Below, in pieces: positions 9,293-18,916 of a DNA stretch of 64,000 nucleotides; position 1 is the stretch's first letter; each line of letters opens with the position of its first letter. A model generated the notes under the pieces. It was not told the DNA's origin. It saw only the letters and a program-made list of their open reading frames with translations, and did not search any database. The position numbers and the translations under genes were made by a program. Source of the DNA: an uncultured cyanobacterium (GTDB lineage Bacteria > Cyanobacteriota > Cyanobacteriia > Cyanobacteriales > Nostocaceae); assembly GCA_963740315.1 (NCBI GenBank), contig CAVUDP010000004.1:736001-800000 (forward strand), read 5' to 3'.

Positions 9293-10192
9293 ATGACAGA
9301 TTTTCTAGGAGAAATCGCGGCTTTGTTTGCTGCTTGTTTATGGGCAGTAGCGTCTGTAGTCTATGGTAAATTGGGTGCGCGTATTCCGCCTTTACAGCTA
9401 AATCTGATTAAAGGAATAATTGCGATCGCGCTTTTTGTCTTCACTATTGTGATAAGGGGCGAAATATTTCCTTCGATCGCAGCTTTACCAATGTGTCTGT
9501 TACTGATAAGTGGTGCGATCGGTATTGGTTTGGGCGATACTGTATTCTTTACCACTATAAATAGTTTGGGGGCGCGGCGGGCATTACTGATGCAAACTCT
9601 GACTGCGCCAATTACGGCAGTTTTAGGGCTGATTTTTCTTCAGGAAAAGTTAAATATTTTATCTTGGTGCGGTATTTTACTAACAATATTTGGTGTGGCT
9701 TGGGTTGTTAGCGAGCGTACTACCGAACTCAAGCATATTTCAACGGCAGAATTCCGACGCGGTATAGGTTTCGGCTTGTTAACGGCGATAGCTGGCGCAA
9801 TTGGAGCTGTACTTTCACGTAGTGCTTTCGCCGTCAATACCGAGATTAATCCTTTATGGGCAGCTTTGTTGAGGTTGAGTGCTGGGATATTAATTCTACT
9901 GATATGGGGATTATGCAGACAGCAAAATAGTTTTCGTCTGAGCAACTTACGAGATTCGCGAATAATTTTAGGAACACTTTTTGCGGCTTTTTGCGGAACT
10001 TATCTAGGAATTTGGCTGCAACAAACGGCAATTAAATTTACATCCGTGGGAATTGCTTCCACCCTTTTACAAACTAGCCCGATTTTTGTCATACCCTTTG
10101 CGATTTGGATGAAAGAAAAAGTTAGTATTCGAGCAATTTTAGGTGTTTTCATTTCCATGACTGGAATTGGATTACTGTTTTATCTCAAATGA
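9293..10192 (+). CDS. DMT/EamA family transporter
   Basis: About 10 TM segments in two EamA-like repeats. Confidence 0.9.
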   Translation: MTDFLGEIAALFAACLWAVASVVYGKLGARIPPLQLNLIKGIIAIALFVFTIVIRGEIFPSIAALPMCLLLISGAIGIGLGDTVFFTTINSLGARRALLMQTLTAPITAVLGLIFLQEKLNILSWCGILLTIFGVAWVVSERTTELKHISTAEFRRGIGFGLLTAIAGAIGAVLSRSAFAVNTEINPLWAALLRLSAGILILLIWGLCRQQNSFRLSNLRDSRIILGTLFAAFCGTYLGIWLQQTAIKFTSVGIASTLLQTSPIFVIPFAIWMKEKVSIRAILGVFISMTGIGLLFYLK

Positions 10193-10195
10193 GGT

Positions 10196-11095
10196 TTACC
10201 AAAAATGTTCTTTCCAAAAAACACATTCTTTTTGTTTAGGGGAAAGATGTTTACTTAATTGTTGTAAATCTTCATTACTAAGGAAAGACGCGCCGTAATG
10301 ATTATGCACTATCGGTTTTCTAGAAGTGTAGTCAAAAAATATTGCGTACCTATCTGAAGATATCGGTATTTTACCTCGATGAAATATACCACCTGTGGCA
10401 GCTAAAATAACTGTTCCAGCAATCCCCGTACAAGTTTTAAAATTTGATGGAGATATTACCTTTTCCATGATTTTATCTTGAATGTAACCATGATTGTATT
10501 TTAAAGAAGAAACTAATTTAGAAGTAAAAGACTGAGGAATATATTCAAATGGCCCGTTGTTATTGTCTACATCATGAAGATAAATTACAACTTTTAAAAC
10601 TTTTGTATCTTCAGGATCTATATGCCATAGTCTTGATTTTATTTGAATTGGGTTAACAGTATCCCTACGAAAATATGCTCCATGATAAGCCACTGGTAAG
10701 CCAATATAGTTCTCAATTATATTGATTAAACGTTGTTCTAAACCCCAAAGAAAAATTTCTTGATGTTCTAAAATTTGTTGTGGAGTTGCATGAACTACAA
10801 ATTCATTCTTATGATCGGAAATGGTTCGCGGTATTTTTGACATCAAGCTTTTAGCTGCTTGAAGCACGATCTCAGTAGAAGGAATCGATAGCGCTTCTAA
10901 CGAAGTCATTGCGACACCTTCAGTTTTCAACTCATCAATCAAATCTTGCTCGTAATCCGAAATAACGGGTAAATTATCAAAGTGTTTTTTCCGTGCTGCT
11001 TGATAATTAAGTTCAGCTTGTGTACATAAAAACGGAAGTTGACGAGTATTGAGCGAGACTTCGTTCCGAATTTTGTAGGCAATTCTTTTATACAT
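10196..11095 (-). CDS. Fe(II)/2-oxoglutarate-dependent oxygenase (PhyH-like)
   Basis: WHID (HxD) ... IYLHDV...GPFEYIP ... IFHRG facial-triad pattern. Confidence 0.75.
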   Translation of the reverse strand: MYKRIAYKIRNEVSLNTRQLPFLCTQAELNYQAARKKHFDNLPVISDYEQDLIDELKTEGVAMTSLEALSIPSTEIVLQAAKSLMSKIPRTISDHKNEFVVHATPQQILEHQEIFLWGLEQRLINIIENYIGLPVAYHGAYFRRDTVNPIQIKSRLWHIDPEDTKVLKVVIYLHDVDNNNGPFEYIPQSFTSKLVSSLKYNHGYIQDKIMEKVISPSNFKTCTGIAGTVILAATGGIFHRGKIPISSDRYAIFFDYTSRKPIVHNHYGASFLSNEDLQQLSKHLSPKQKECVFWKEHFW

Positions 11096-11715
11096 GATTT
11101 TATTGGGAATTTGGCACTGAACTAACGTAAACCATTATGCAAATTTATGTGTATAAAATTTTATGAGTGAAATCTAATATACAATCACATATTTTTTCAA
11201 ACATAAACTAAACTAGACTTTAAATTTGCAGAAAATTTACTTTTGGAACAGATTGCTTAATATTGGCTTTATATAGTGTTTTAAAAAGAGTTATCTCCCT
11301 TCTACCCAGCCATGCTTCTAAAATAAAAACATAAGTAGTGTTTTTAATATTACATTTGATTTAAGTTTTTATACTAACATAAAATAGCTCGGTGATTTAC
11401 GAAAATTTTCAAGGTAAATGTAAGCTATATTACAAATATATAGCCAATTTTACTGTGAATGAACTTTATATTTATTTAAGAATTACTTAAAAAAATTGCG
11501 ATCGCGACTCAGAAAAGCCAAGGAAGACGTTTCAGAAGAGTGCGATCGCATACAATAGCCCAATTACATATTTTTATCTAAACTCTATTTTTTCAGCAAG
11601 CCATAATTAGCTTTACCCAAAAAATAAGTTTGCCCGCACAAGCTAAATCAGCCGTATCTTTATACAGAAGCGGTATAAGTATAAATAATCAAAATTTTGC
11701 TTTATACGTAGGTAT

Positions 11716-12930
11716 TTATGCTATTAAACGTTTATCGGTAAGCAACAATTCTTCAAATTTCGCAACTGGTAAAGGATGAGTTAATAAAAAACCTTGGGTT
11801 CGATCGCATTTATGTGCGCGAATAACATCTAATTCGGCTTTAGTTTCAACACCTTCAGCAACTACTTGTAATTTAAGATTATGAGCCATTTCAATAATGC
11901 CCTTAGTAATTGCTGATTTTTGTTTATCTTTGTCGATATTGTGGACAAAGTAATGGTCTATTTTTAAAGTATTGATTGGTAACTGCTTTAAATAAATTAA
12001 AGAGGAACGCCCCGTACCAAAATCATCAATAGCAAGTCTTAAACCGTGTGATTTTAATTCCTGCATTCTGTTAACTGCTGTATTCACATCTTGCTCGATC
12101 GTTCCTTCTATAAATTCCAATTCTAAAGAAGAAGGATGCAAACTATTTTCTGTCAATGACTCAAGTATTTTTGAAACAAAATCTGGCTGAATTAATTGAT
12201 TAATTGAAATATTAATTGTGGAATAGAAATCTTTGTAACCAGCATCTTGCCATATTTTAGTTTGATTGCAGACATTTTTAATTAACCATTCTCCAATTGG
12301 AATAATTAAACCTGTCGATTCAGCTAAAGGAATTAGTTCGGCGGGATAAATCAAACCTAATTCTGAACTTTGCCAGCGGACTAAACTTTCAGCAGCAACT
12401 ATTTTACCGGAATGAGTCTCTACAATCGGTTGATAATGTACATGAAATTCTTTTAAATTTCTTTTAGCTAGAGTTCTAAGTAAGCAATTTTTTAAAATCT
12501 GAAGTTCTGGTAAAAACCTAGCAGTGTTTTTATCTACTTTAGATATATATTTTAACGAATTTGTTTGCTTTTCCAAGCGACTCGCGATCGCACTTAATAG
12601 TTCAGAACGAGTAAATGGCTTGGTAAGATAGTCATCAGCACCCAAATCCATACCTTTACGTAGATCGGCTTTAGCAGTTCTAGCTGTCAGAAAAATAAAT
12701 GGAATAGTTGCTGTTGATGCTTGTATATTCAATTTTTGTAAAACTTCATAACCATCCATATTTGGCATCATTAAGTCGCACAAAATCAAGTCTGGAACTT
12801 CAGATACAGCTAACTCTACTCCAATTTTTCCGTTAGCGGCTGCAAGTGTTTCAAAGCTTTCGGCTTCTAACAAATCTAAAAGATTCTCGCGTACTGATTG
12901 TTCATCTTCAATTACTAATATTTTAGTCAT
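11716..12930 (-). CDS. Response regulator with EAL (c-di-GMP phosphodiesterase) domain
   Basis: REC (IEDE, CDLMMP, KPF) plus EAL (YQP, ESLVRW, DDFGTG, KID, EGVE, QG). Confidence 0.92.
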   Translation of the reverse strand: MTKILVIEDEQSVRENLLDLLEAESFETLAAANGKIGVELAVSEVPDLILCDLMMPNMDGYEVLQKLNIQASTATIPFIFLTARTAKADLRKGMDLGADDYLTKPFTRSELLSAIASRLEKQTNSLKYISKVDKNTARFLPELQILKNCLLRTLAKRNLKEFHVHYQPIVETHSGKIVAAESLVRWQSSELGLIYPAELIPLAESTGLIIPIGEWLIKNVCNQTKIWQDAGYKDFYSTINISINQLIQPDFVSKILESLTENSLHPSSLELEFIEGTIEQDVNTAVNRMQELKSHGLRLAIDDFGTGRSSLIYLKQLPINTLKIDHYFVHNIDKDKQKSAITKGIIEMAHNLKLQVVAEGVETKAELDVIRAHKCDRTQGFLLTHPLPVAKFEELLLTDKRLIA

Positions 12931-13147
12931 AATCTTAGAAATGGTAGTGTTTGATTGCTTGATAACTGAATATAAAAAGTTAATATCTTCTTAGTTAAAC
13001 GTCTATATTCCAAATAGTTCATCTTGATTTCTATTGCAATGCAAAATTTTGATTATTGCCATAGTATTTTCACGGGAAAATATCAATTTATATTTTCTTA
13101 GACAATCGGATTAAATAATATCTGTAATTTAACTTTAGATTAACTTG

Positions 13148-14896
13148 TTACTTATTACAGCAACTGCCTAACGGAATTATAATCGTAAACTTTGTACCTA
13201 CTCCAACTTCGGTTGTGACGTTAATTTCACCTTGGAGCATATCTACGCACTTTTTGACAATCGATAATCCCAATCCAGTCCCTTGAATATTCTCTACATT
13301 GTTACATCTATGAAAAGAATCGAACAAGGATGGTAAATCTTCTGAAGGGATTCCTATACCTTCATCTTCAATTTCAAACATTGCTCTTCCTTGTTGACAA
13401 GAAAGGGTAAAGTTCACCGTAGTTCCAGGTTTTGAATATTTAATTGCATTTGAAAGTAAATTATTCAAAATATGTCTTAGCATTTTTTCATCAATTGTCC
13501 CGACTAATCTAGTCTCATTATTAATAAAATTAATATTTATATCTGTTTTTATATCTGTATTTATATCTGATAGATTTATTGCATTTAACATTTGATTAAT
13601 TTGCACGTCTTCTATTACTTCTCTACTATATTCAACTAAATCTAAAAGACTTGGATTACAATCAATTTTTTCTGCTTCCGCCTTACCGAAAAATAACACA
13701 TCATTCAATAAATTAGTCATGTGTTGAACCGCTCTTTTAATTCTAGTAAAATGCTTCAGTTTTTTTTCTTCTTCCCATTTATGCTGGTAGTTTTCCAATA
13801 ACTCTGATGAAGAAAGGATAGTACTTAAAGGCGTGCGGAATTCATGAGAAGTCATAGAAATAAAATTATTTTTAAGCTTGTTCAGTTCTTTTTCTTTCTC
13901 TAAAGCCTGTTTTAAATCTTCTTCATGTTGTTTGCTTTCATTAACTTTTAAACGTAAAGTTTGTTGCGCTTTTACTTCTTCGGTAAGATTAGTATGATAA
14001 ATACTCATCATACCAATAATTTTTCCTGCAAGGTCTTTTACCGGATAAGTACGTGTATTAATGTAAAATATATCGCCGCGATCGGATTTAATTTCTAGTT
14101 CATTACACCAAAATTTTCCTTCTTTTATACTTGCTAATAATTGTTGATATTTTTCTAAATTTTTCCATAGAAATGATAATCCTCCCAATTCATTTAATTC
14201 TTCAAGAGTATAGTTAAATCTTTTAGTAAAGCTTGTATTTAGATAAATTATATTACCTGTTAAATTTGTAATAATAATAGCTTCGCTATTAGTTTCTACA
14301 GCTTGTTGAACGTATAATAAAGTTTCTAAATCTTCAATTTTACTAGTTTGTTCCGATTGTAAAATTTCTGAGATTTTTTTTTGATTTTTATCGCTGATAT
14401 GTTCTGCTTTCGTTATTCTTAACTGATATTCCTCTAGTAAAAAAGGAGTAATATTTTCAGGTGCAATATAACCGACTAATTGACCTTTTTCATCTTCAAT
14501 TAGTAGAGGCACTTTGAATTCAGTTAAAATATCTAAGATTAATTTTATATTTTCAAGGTCAAAAGTTTTAAGCTTAATTGCCGAAGTTGTCATAACTTCA
14601 GTAATTTGACTGCTTTTTAAATTAATTTCCGACTCTACAACCCTTAAAACATCTTGCCACGAAAACAACCCCACAACTCGCCTATTTTCCACTACCAAAA
14701 CCCGTTGTGCTGGTGGTTGATATTTATTCATCAATGCGATGGTATCCCAAACTGTTGTTTCCGGAGCTACAGTCGGTGGAGCATAGTCAATTAACTGTTC
14801 TAAAAGTGGTAATGAAGAAACACGAAAGGTAGTTTGCATAAATCTTGATAAAACAGTAGTTTTGATAAAATCCCTTTTCATATTCTTATCTTTCAA
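13148..14896 (-). CDS. CBS-PAS sensor histidine kinase
   Basis: N-terminal CBS pair, PAS, H-box SHEFRTPL, N-box NLLSNAIKY, DEGIG, GTGLGL; true start may be ATG 14881 or 14839. Confidence 0.9.
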   Translation of the reverse strand: MKDKNMKRDFIKTTVLSRFMQTTFRVSSLPLLEQLIDYAPPTVAPETTVWDTIALMNKYQPPAQRVLVVENRRVVGLFSWQDVLRVVESEINLKSSQITEVMTTSAIKLKTFDLENIKLILDILTEFKVPLLIEDEKGQLVGYIAPENITPFLLEEYQLRITKAEHISDKNQKKISEILQSEQTSKIEDLETLLYVQQAVETNSEAIIITNLTGNIIYLNTSFTKRFNYTLEELNELGGLSFLWKNLEKYQQLLASIKEGKFWCNELEIKSDRGDIFYINTRTYPVKDLAGKIIGMMSIYHTNLTEEVKAQQTLRLKVNESKQHEEDLKQALEKEKELNKLKNNFISMTSHEFRTPLSTILSSSELLENYQHKWEEEKKLKHFTRIKRAVQHMTNLLNDVLFFGKAEAEKIDCNPSLLDLVEYSREVIEDVQINQMLNAINLSDINTDIKTDININFINNETRLVGTIDEKMLRHILNNLLSNAIKYSKPGTTVNFTLSCQQGRAMFEIEDEGIGIPSEDLPSLFDSFHRCNNVENIQGTGLGLSIVKKCVDMLQGEINVTTEVGVGTKFTIIIPLGSCCNK

Positions 14897-15025
14897 AGGT
14901 AATAATAACTGGAGTATAAATACTGAAATATCTGTTGCAGGTAAATAGAGTAGTGGATTGTCAAGCTAGAAAGGCGATCGCAAATGTTTAACTGTTTATC
15001 CGAACTTAATCAAAAGTAATGCCAT

Positions 15026-15071
15026 AAAAAACCGCAACCATTGCAAGAATCGCTTACATCATGGTTGCGGT
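15026..15071 (-). terminator. Hairpin/terminator downstream of the cyclophilin gene
   Basis: accgcaaccat...atggttgcggt 11-bp stem; A-run on + strand gives a U-tail on - strand. Confidence 0.6.
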
Positions 15072-15121
15072 AAAAGTTATTCGGTTACGAAAACTGTAAC
15101 GAAGTCTTCAAAACTACTTAT

Positions 15122-16228
15122 CTATGCATTGCGGGGTTCTACCAAATTCTCAATTCCTTGAGTAACTTTGGCTGATTCGATTTTGTCCCCTTGCTTAATT
15201 TTTTCTAAAACTTCTTTACCTTCAGTGACATAACCAAACACGGAATAGCGTCCATCTAACAAGTTGCGTCCGGCTGGAGTCAGTTCGGGTTCAAATAGAA
15301 AGAAGAAAAATTGGGAAGAGCCGCCGTTAACTTCAGTTTCAGGACGAGCCATTGCTACAGCGCCGTAAGCGGAGAAAGGTAAAACAGGCATTTCGGTGTA
15401 AAGTCCAGCTTGTTCGAGAGTAATGCCATATATTGGTTCTTTATCTCCTTCTACAAGCACTTCCAGGGGAATAGCGCGATATTCCTTTGTTTTTGGGTCA
15501 ATAAAACCTACTTCTTTACCCGGTGGATCTCCAGCTTGCAGTACGTAAAAATCTTCCGCACGTAAGAATTCTAAGCCATTGTAAAAACCGCGATCGACCA
15601 AATCTACAAAGTTTCCAGCAGTAACTGGAGCGCTGTAGCCATCTAAAACAACTTCAACATCACCTTGAGTAGTTTTGACTTCTACCGTAGCGCGTCCTTT
15701 TAATTGAGGTAAATTACTGTATTCTGCGGGTACTTCATAAGGAAAACCCGTAACCATAGATTCTTCGAGCTTGCTTACCAAATTTAGAAGTTTGGCTCTT
15801 TCGATCCAAGTTTCTTCTTTGTCTTTAGTTTTTGCTACTTCTTGGAGCTTTTCTACACCGCTTTGCAGTTCGTTAATCCAAACAGAAGCTTGCTGTTGAT
15901 TTTCTTCAGGAACGCTTGCGAGTATTTTCTCTGGTTTACTAAGAGTGCGCGAAGCAGTTTTTAAATCATTCTTAATAGCTCCCCAACGCCGATTCGCCCG
16001 CAATTGAGTAGCAATATCTTCCAAGCTTTTTTGCAATCTCCGCACCGGCTCATTATCTATCGGAAGTGCATACCGTAGTAAAGCTTTACCATCGGTAATT
16101 GCATTTCCTGCGGGTAAAGCAGCAATACTGGAAGAAGTCCATCCAGTTGTACTTATTCCTAAAAATAACGTTACCAGCAGCAATGTAATTAGACTATTCT
16201 TCAAAGAAGATTTTAATAAATTAAACAT
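15122..16228 (-). CDS. Cyclophilin-type peptidyl-prolyl isomerase (TLP40/CYP38-like)
   Basis: Signal peptide, LLRYALP helical domain, APVTAGNF, SSQFFFFL, DGRYSVFGYV. Confidence 0.9.
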   Translation of the reverse strand: MFNLLKSSLKNSLITLLLVTLFLGISTTGWTSSSIAALPAGNAITDGKALLRYALPIDNEPVRRLQKSLEDIATQLRANRRWGAIKNDLKTASRTLSKPEKILASVPEENQQQASVWINELQSGVEKLQEVAKTKDKEETWIERAKLLNLVSKLEESMVTGFPYEVPAEYSNLPQLKGRATVEVKTTQGDVEVVLDGYSAPVTAGNFVDLVDRGFYNGLEFLRAEDFYVLQAGDPPGKEVGFIDPKTKEYRAIPLEVLVEGDKEPIYGITLEQAGLYTEMPVLPFSAYGAVAMARPETEVNGGSSQFFFFLFEPELTPAGRNLLDGRYSVFGYVTEGKEVLEKIKQGDKIESAKVTQGIENLVEPRNA

Positions 16229-16509
16229 GGATCTAATGATGCAACATCAAATTATTTTAGATTTCGTCGTAACTATGAATAATCTTCCCACAGTAGAGTA
16301 AGCAGAGGAAGCGGGGGAAGCCGGGGAAGCACAAAGGGTTTGGAATATCAATCAGTATTGAGTAATACACATATACGCAGAATTGCTCAAAGTTTCTTAA
16401 ACAGGAGCGGTTTTATGTCCAGAGAAGCTAAATTAATAAGGTGAACTATATATTTAATAAAAGACTATTTGTCCAAATATTTTCAACACTGGAGTCTTAA
16501 AAATAATCA

Positions 16510-16983
16510 ATGAGTACAGACAAAAAAGCTCAAGGTTACAAAGTTATCGCTGATAACCGTCAAGCCCGTTATTTATACGAAATTCTGGAAACCTACGAAG
16601 CTGGAATTCAGCTAACGGGAACCGAAGTTAAGTCTATCCGGGCTGGTAGAGCTAACCTTCAAGATGGATATGCAACGATTCGCGACAATGAAGCATGGTT
16701 GTTAAACGTACATATTTCACCTTACAACTTTAGCGGAAAATACTTTAATCACGAACCGCGTCGAAGCCGCAAACTTTTACTTCATCGCGACGAAATTCGC
16801 AAGCTGATCGGGAAAACGGAACAGCAAGGTTTGACTTTAGTACCTTTAAAAATGTATTTAAAAGGCGGTTGGGTAAAAATTAGTATTGCTCTTGGTAAAG
16901 GTAAGAAAATTCACGACAAGCGAGAAACCATCAAAAAACGTCAAGATCAGCGTGAAATGCAACGCGCAATGAAAAGTTATTAA
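16510..16983 (+). CDS. smpB: SsrA-binding protein
   Basis: NRQARYLY, EAGIQLTGTEVKS, RKLLLH, GKGKKIHDKR. Confidence 0.97.
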   Translation: MSTDKKAQGYKVIADNRQARYLYEILETYEAGIQLTGTEVKSIRAGRANLQDGYATIRDNEAWLLNVHISPYNFSGKYFNHEPRRSRKLLLHRDEIRKLIGKTEQQGLTLVPLKMYLKGGWVKISIALGKGKKIHDKRETIKKRQDQREMQRAMKSY

Positions 16984-16985
16984 AT

Positions 16986-17125
16986 GGGGAGTAGGGAGTA
17001 GGGGACAAGGTGATGGGGAGATGGGGAGTACTTCGACAAGTCTTACAGTGAGCTACGTCGAACTGCTCAGTAACCTTTGGGGAGATGGGGAAGAGGGGAC
17101 AAGGGGACAAGGGGACAAGGGGATA
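16986..17125. repeat. G-rich STRR tract with an embedded CTTCGAC/GTCGAA palindromic insert
   Basis: ggggagta/ggggacaa/ggggagat units flanking acttcgacaag..gtgagctacgtcgaactgctcagtaacc. Confidence 0.7.
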
Positions 17126-17133
17126 AAAATAAT

Positions 17134-17210
17134 TTTAACCTTTAACCTTTAACCTTTAACCTTTAACCTTTAACCTTTAACCTTTAACCTTTAACCTTTA
17201 ACCTTTAACC
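17134..17210. repeat. Perfect heptamer tandem array (TTTAACC) x11
   Basis: 77 bp of uninterrupted TTTAACC. Confidence 0.95.
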
Positions 17211-17250
17211 TTAATTACTCCTAACTCTTTTAATCTAAAATCCCTGGGAG

Positions 17251-17655
17251 CTATTTTAAAAGATAGCTATGCCAAATTGAGGTATCTTCATTGCTTCGGG
17301 GAGGAAGCAGTAATCTCCAGGTTTTGCCTTCTTTTTGCAACTGTATGTAAATGTCGAAAACTTTTTGTGGTTGCTCTAAAATCCGTTCTGGTAACTTCAA
17401 ATTTAAGTCATAAGTACCCTGGATTCGGAAAGCTGGTAAATGTTCAACCGTAATCAGCTTCCGTCGCTTAATCGATAAATGATTAACTTCGAGTTCGCTA
17501 AAATCCAAATTTAACTTTTGACTAAGCTGCTCTTGCGTTTCCTGCATCGAAAGAGCGATCGCCTTTTTGACTAAATTTTTATTTGGTGATGGCGTACCAA
17601 AACTACAAGCCGTTAATAGCACCACTAAAATCGCCGTTAAAACCAGTCTTAACAT
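17251..17655 (-). CDS. Hypothetical lipoprotein
   Basis: Lipobox LTAC after a hydrophobic signal sequence; clean 134-aa ORF. Confidence 0.75.
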   Translation of the reverse strand: MLRLVLTAILVVLLTACSFGTPSPNKNLVKKAIALSMQETQEQLSQKLNLDFSELEVNHLSIKRRKLITVEHLPAFRIQGTYDLNLKLPERILEQPQKVFDIYIQLQKEGKTWRLLLPPRSNEDTSIWHSYLLK

Positions 17656-17731
17656 TTGAGTTAGTTGTTAGTTGTTAATAATTAGTAGTTGTGAGTTAGG
17701 AGTTATGAGTTATGAGTTAAAAATAGTTTCT

Positions 17732-17790
17732 TCCCCCTCTCCCCCTCTCCCCCTCTCCCCCCTCTCCCCCTCTTCCCCCTCTCCCCCATC
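17732..17790. repeat. C-rich short tandem repeat (CCCCTCTC-type)
   Basis: Iterated ccccctct units upstream of thiL. Confidence 0.85.
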
Positions 17791-17829
17791 ACCTTGTTCA
17801 CTGATAATTGATAATTGATAACTGATTCT

Positions 17830-18828
17830 ATGCAAGTCAAAGAAATTGGCGAACAAGGACTTTTAAAAATATTGCAGCGCTTCTGCCCTCCAGACATTAT
17901 CGGCGATGATGGAGCAGTATTAACAACTGCTGCCGAAAAATCTTTGGTAGTGACGACAGATGTATTAATTGATAAAGTTCATTTCAGCGAAACTACTACT
18001 TCTCCAGAAGATGTCGGTTGGCGAGCGGCAGCAGCCAATCTTTCCGATCTAGCAGCGATGGGGGCTTCACCGTTAGGGATTACTGTCGGCTTGGGGCTAC
18101 CGGGAGAGACTCCGGTAAATTGGGTTGAAAATCTATACCGGGGAATGACCCAGTGTTTACAAAAATATCATACTCCGATTGTGGGAGGTGACATAGTGCG
18201 ATCGCCAATTATCACCGTGGCGATTACAGCTTTCGGACAAGTTTCTCCACAACTTACCATTCTTCGCAATCAAGCTAGAGTGGGAGATGCAATTGTGGTT
18301 ACGGGTTGTCATGGAGCTTCCCGTGCGGGATTGGAGTTGCTGCTGCACCCCGATTCGATCGCAAACCTAAGTAAAGATGATAAAGAATATTTAATTAAAG
18401 CACATCAACGACCGAAACCACGTTTAGATGTTTTACCAATTTTAGAAGAGATTGTATCCAACTCCGTGGTAAATATTTGTGGAATGGATAGCAGCGACGG
18501 TTTAGCAGATGCAGTATTACAAGTTTGCCAATCTAGTCAAGTTGGCGCAATTATTCAAGCCGAGCAGATTCCTTTGCATAAAGCTTTTCAAGGTTGGCTA
18601 ACAAAAGAACAAGCCTTGGAATATGCCATGTACGGTGGCGAAGATTTTGAATTGCTGCTTTGCTTACCCAAACTTGCTGCAAATGAATTAGTAGAAAAAA
18701 TTGGTGATGATGCAGCGATAATCGGAACAATTACTAATGGCGATCGCGTGTTATTGCACCAGAGCGATCGTGAAATCCCCGATCGAGTTTTAAACTTAAG
18801 CCGGGGATTTCAACATTTCGCAAATTAA
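17830..18828 (+). CDS. thiL: Thiamine-monophosphate kinase
   Basis: IGDDGA, NLSDLAAMGA, GGD, DSSDGL, GGEDFEL; ATG at 17830. Confidence 0.95.
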   Translation: MQVKEIGEQGLLKILQRFCPPDIIGDDGAVLTTAAEKSLVVTTDVLIDKVHFSETTTSPEDVGWRAAAANLSDLAAMGASPLGITVGLGLPGETPVNWVENLYRGMTQCLQKYHTPIVGGDIVRSPIITVAITAFGQVSPQLTILRNQARVGDAIVVTGCHGASRAGLELLLHPDSIANLSKDDKEYLIKAHQRPKPRLDVLPILEEIVSNSVVNICGMDSSDGLADAVLQVCQSSQVGAIIQAEQIPLHKAFQGWLTKEQALEYAMYGGEDFELLLCLPKLAANELVEKIGDDAAIIGTITNGDRVLLHQSDREIPDRVLNLSRGFQHFAN

Positions 18829-18876
18829 GAACTGAGAATTAAGAGTTAAGAGAAAGATTTTTAACTCCTAACTCCC

Positions 18877-18904
18877 GTAGAGACGTAGCATGCTACGTCT
18901 CTAC
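18877..18904. repeat. Perfect 28-bp GTAG-type palindrome (REP-like), possible bidirectional terminator
   Basis: GTAGAGACGTAGCATGCTACGTCTCTAC between convergent thiL and gap2; related copy at 40102-40128. Confidence 0.85.
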
Positions 18905-18916
18905 AACTTCTAACTT

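Noticed and set aside
11419..11434. TGTA-N8-TACA NtcA-like palindrome
   Set aside because: No TAN3T -10 box about 22 nt downstream on either strand, over 300 bp from the nearest start and in very AT-rich DNA; not supportable without conservation data.
17134..17210. Telomere-like appearance of (TTTAACC)n
   Set aside because: It is internal and intergenic, it is not TTTAGGG/TTAGGG, and heptamer STRRs are normal in heterocystous cyanobacteria.
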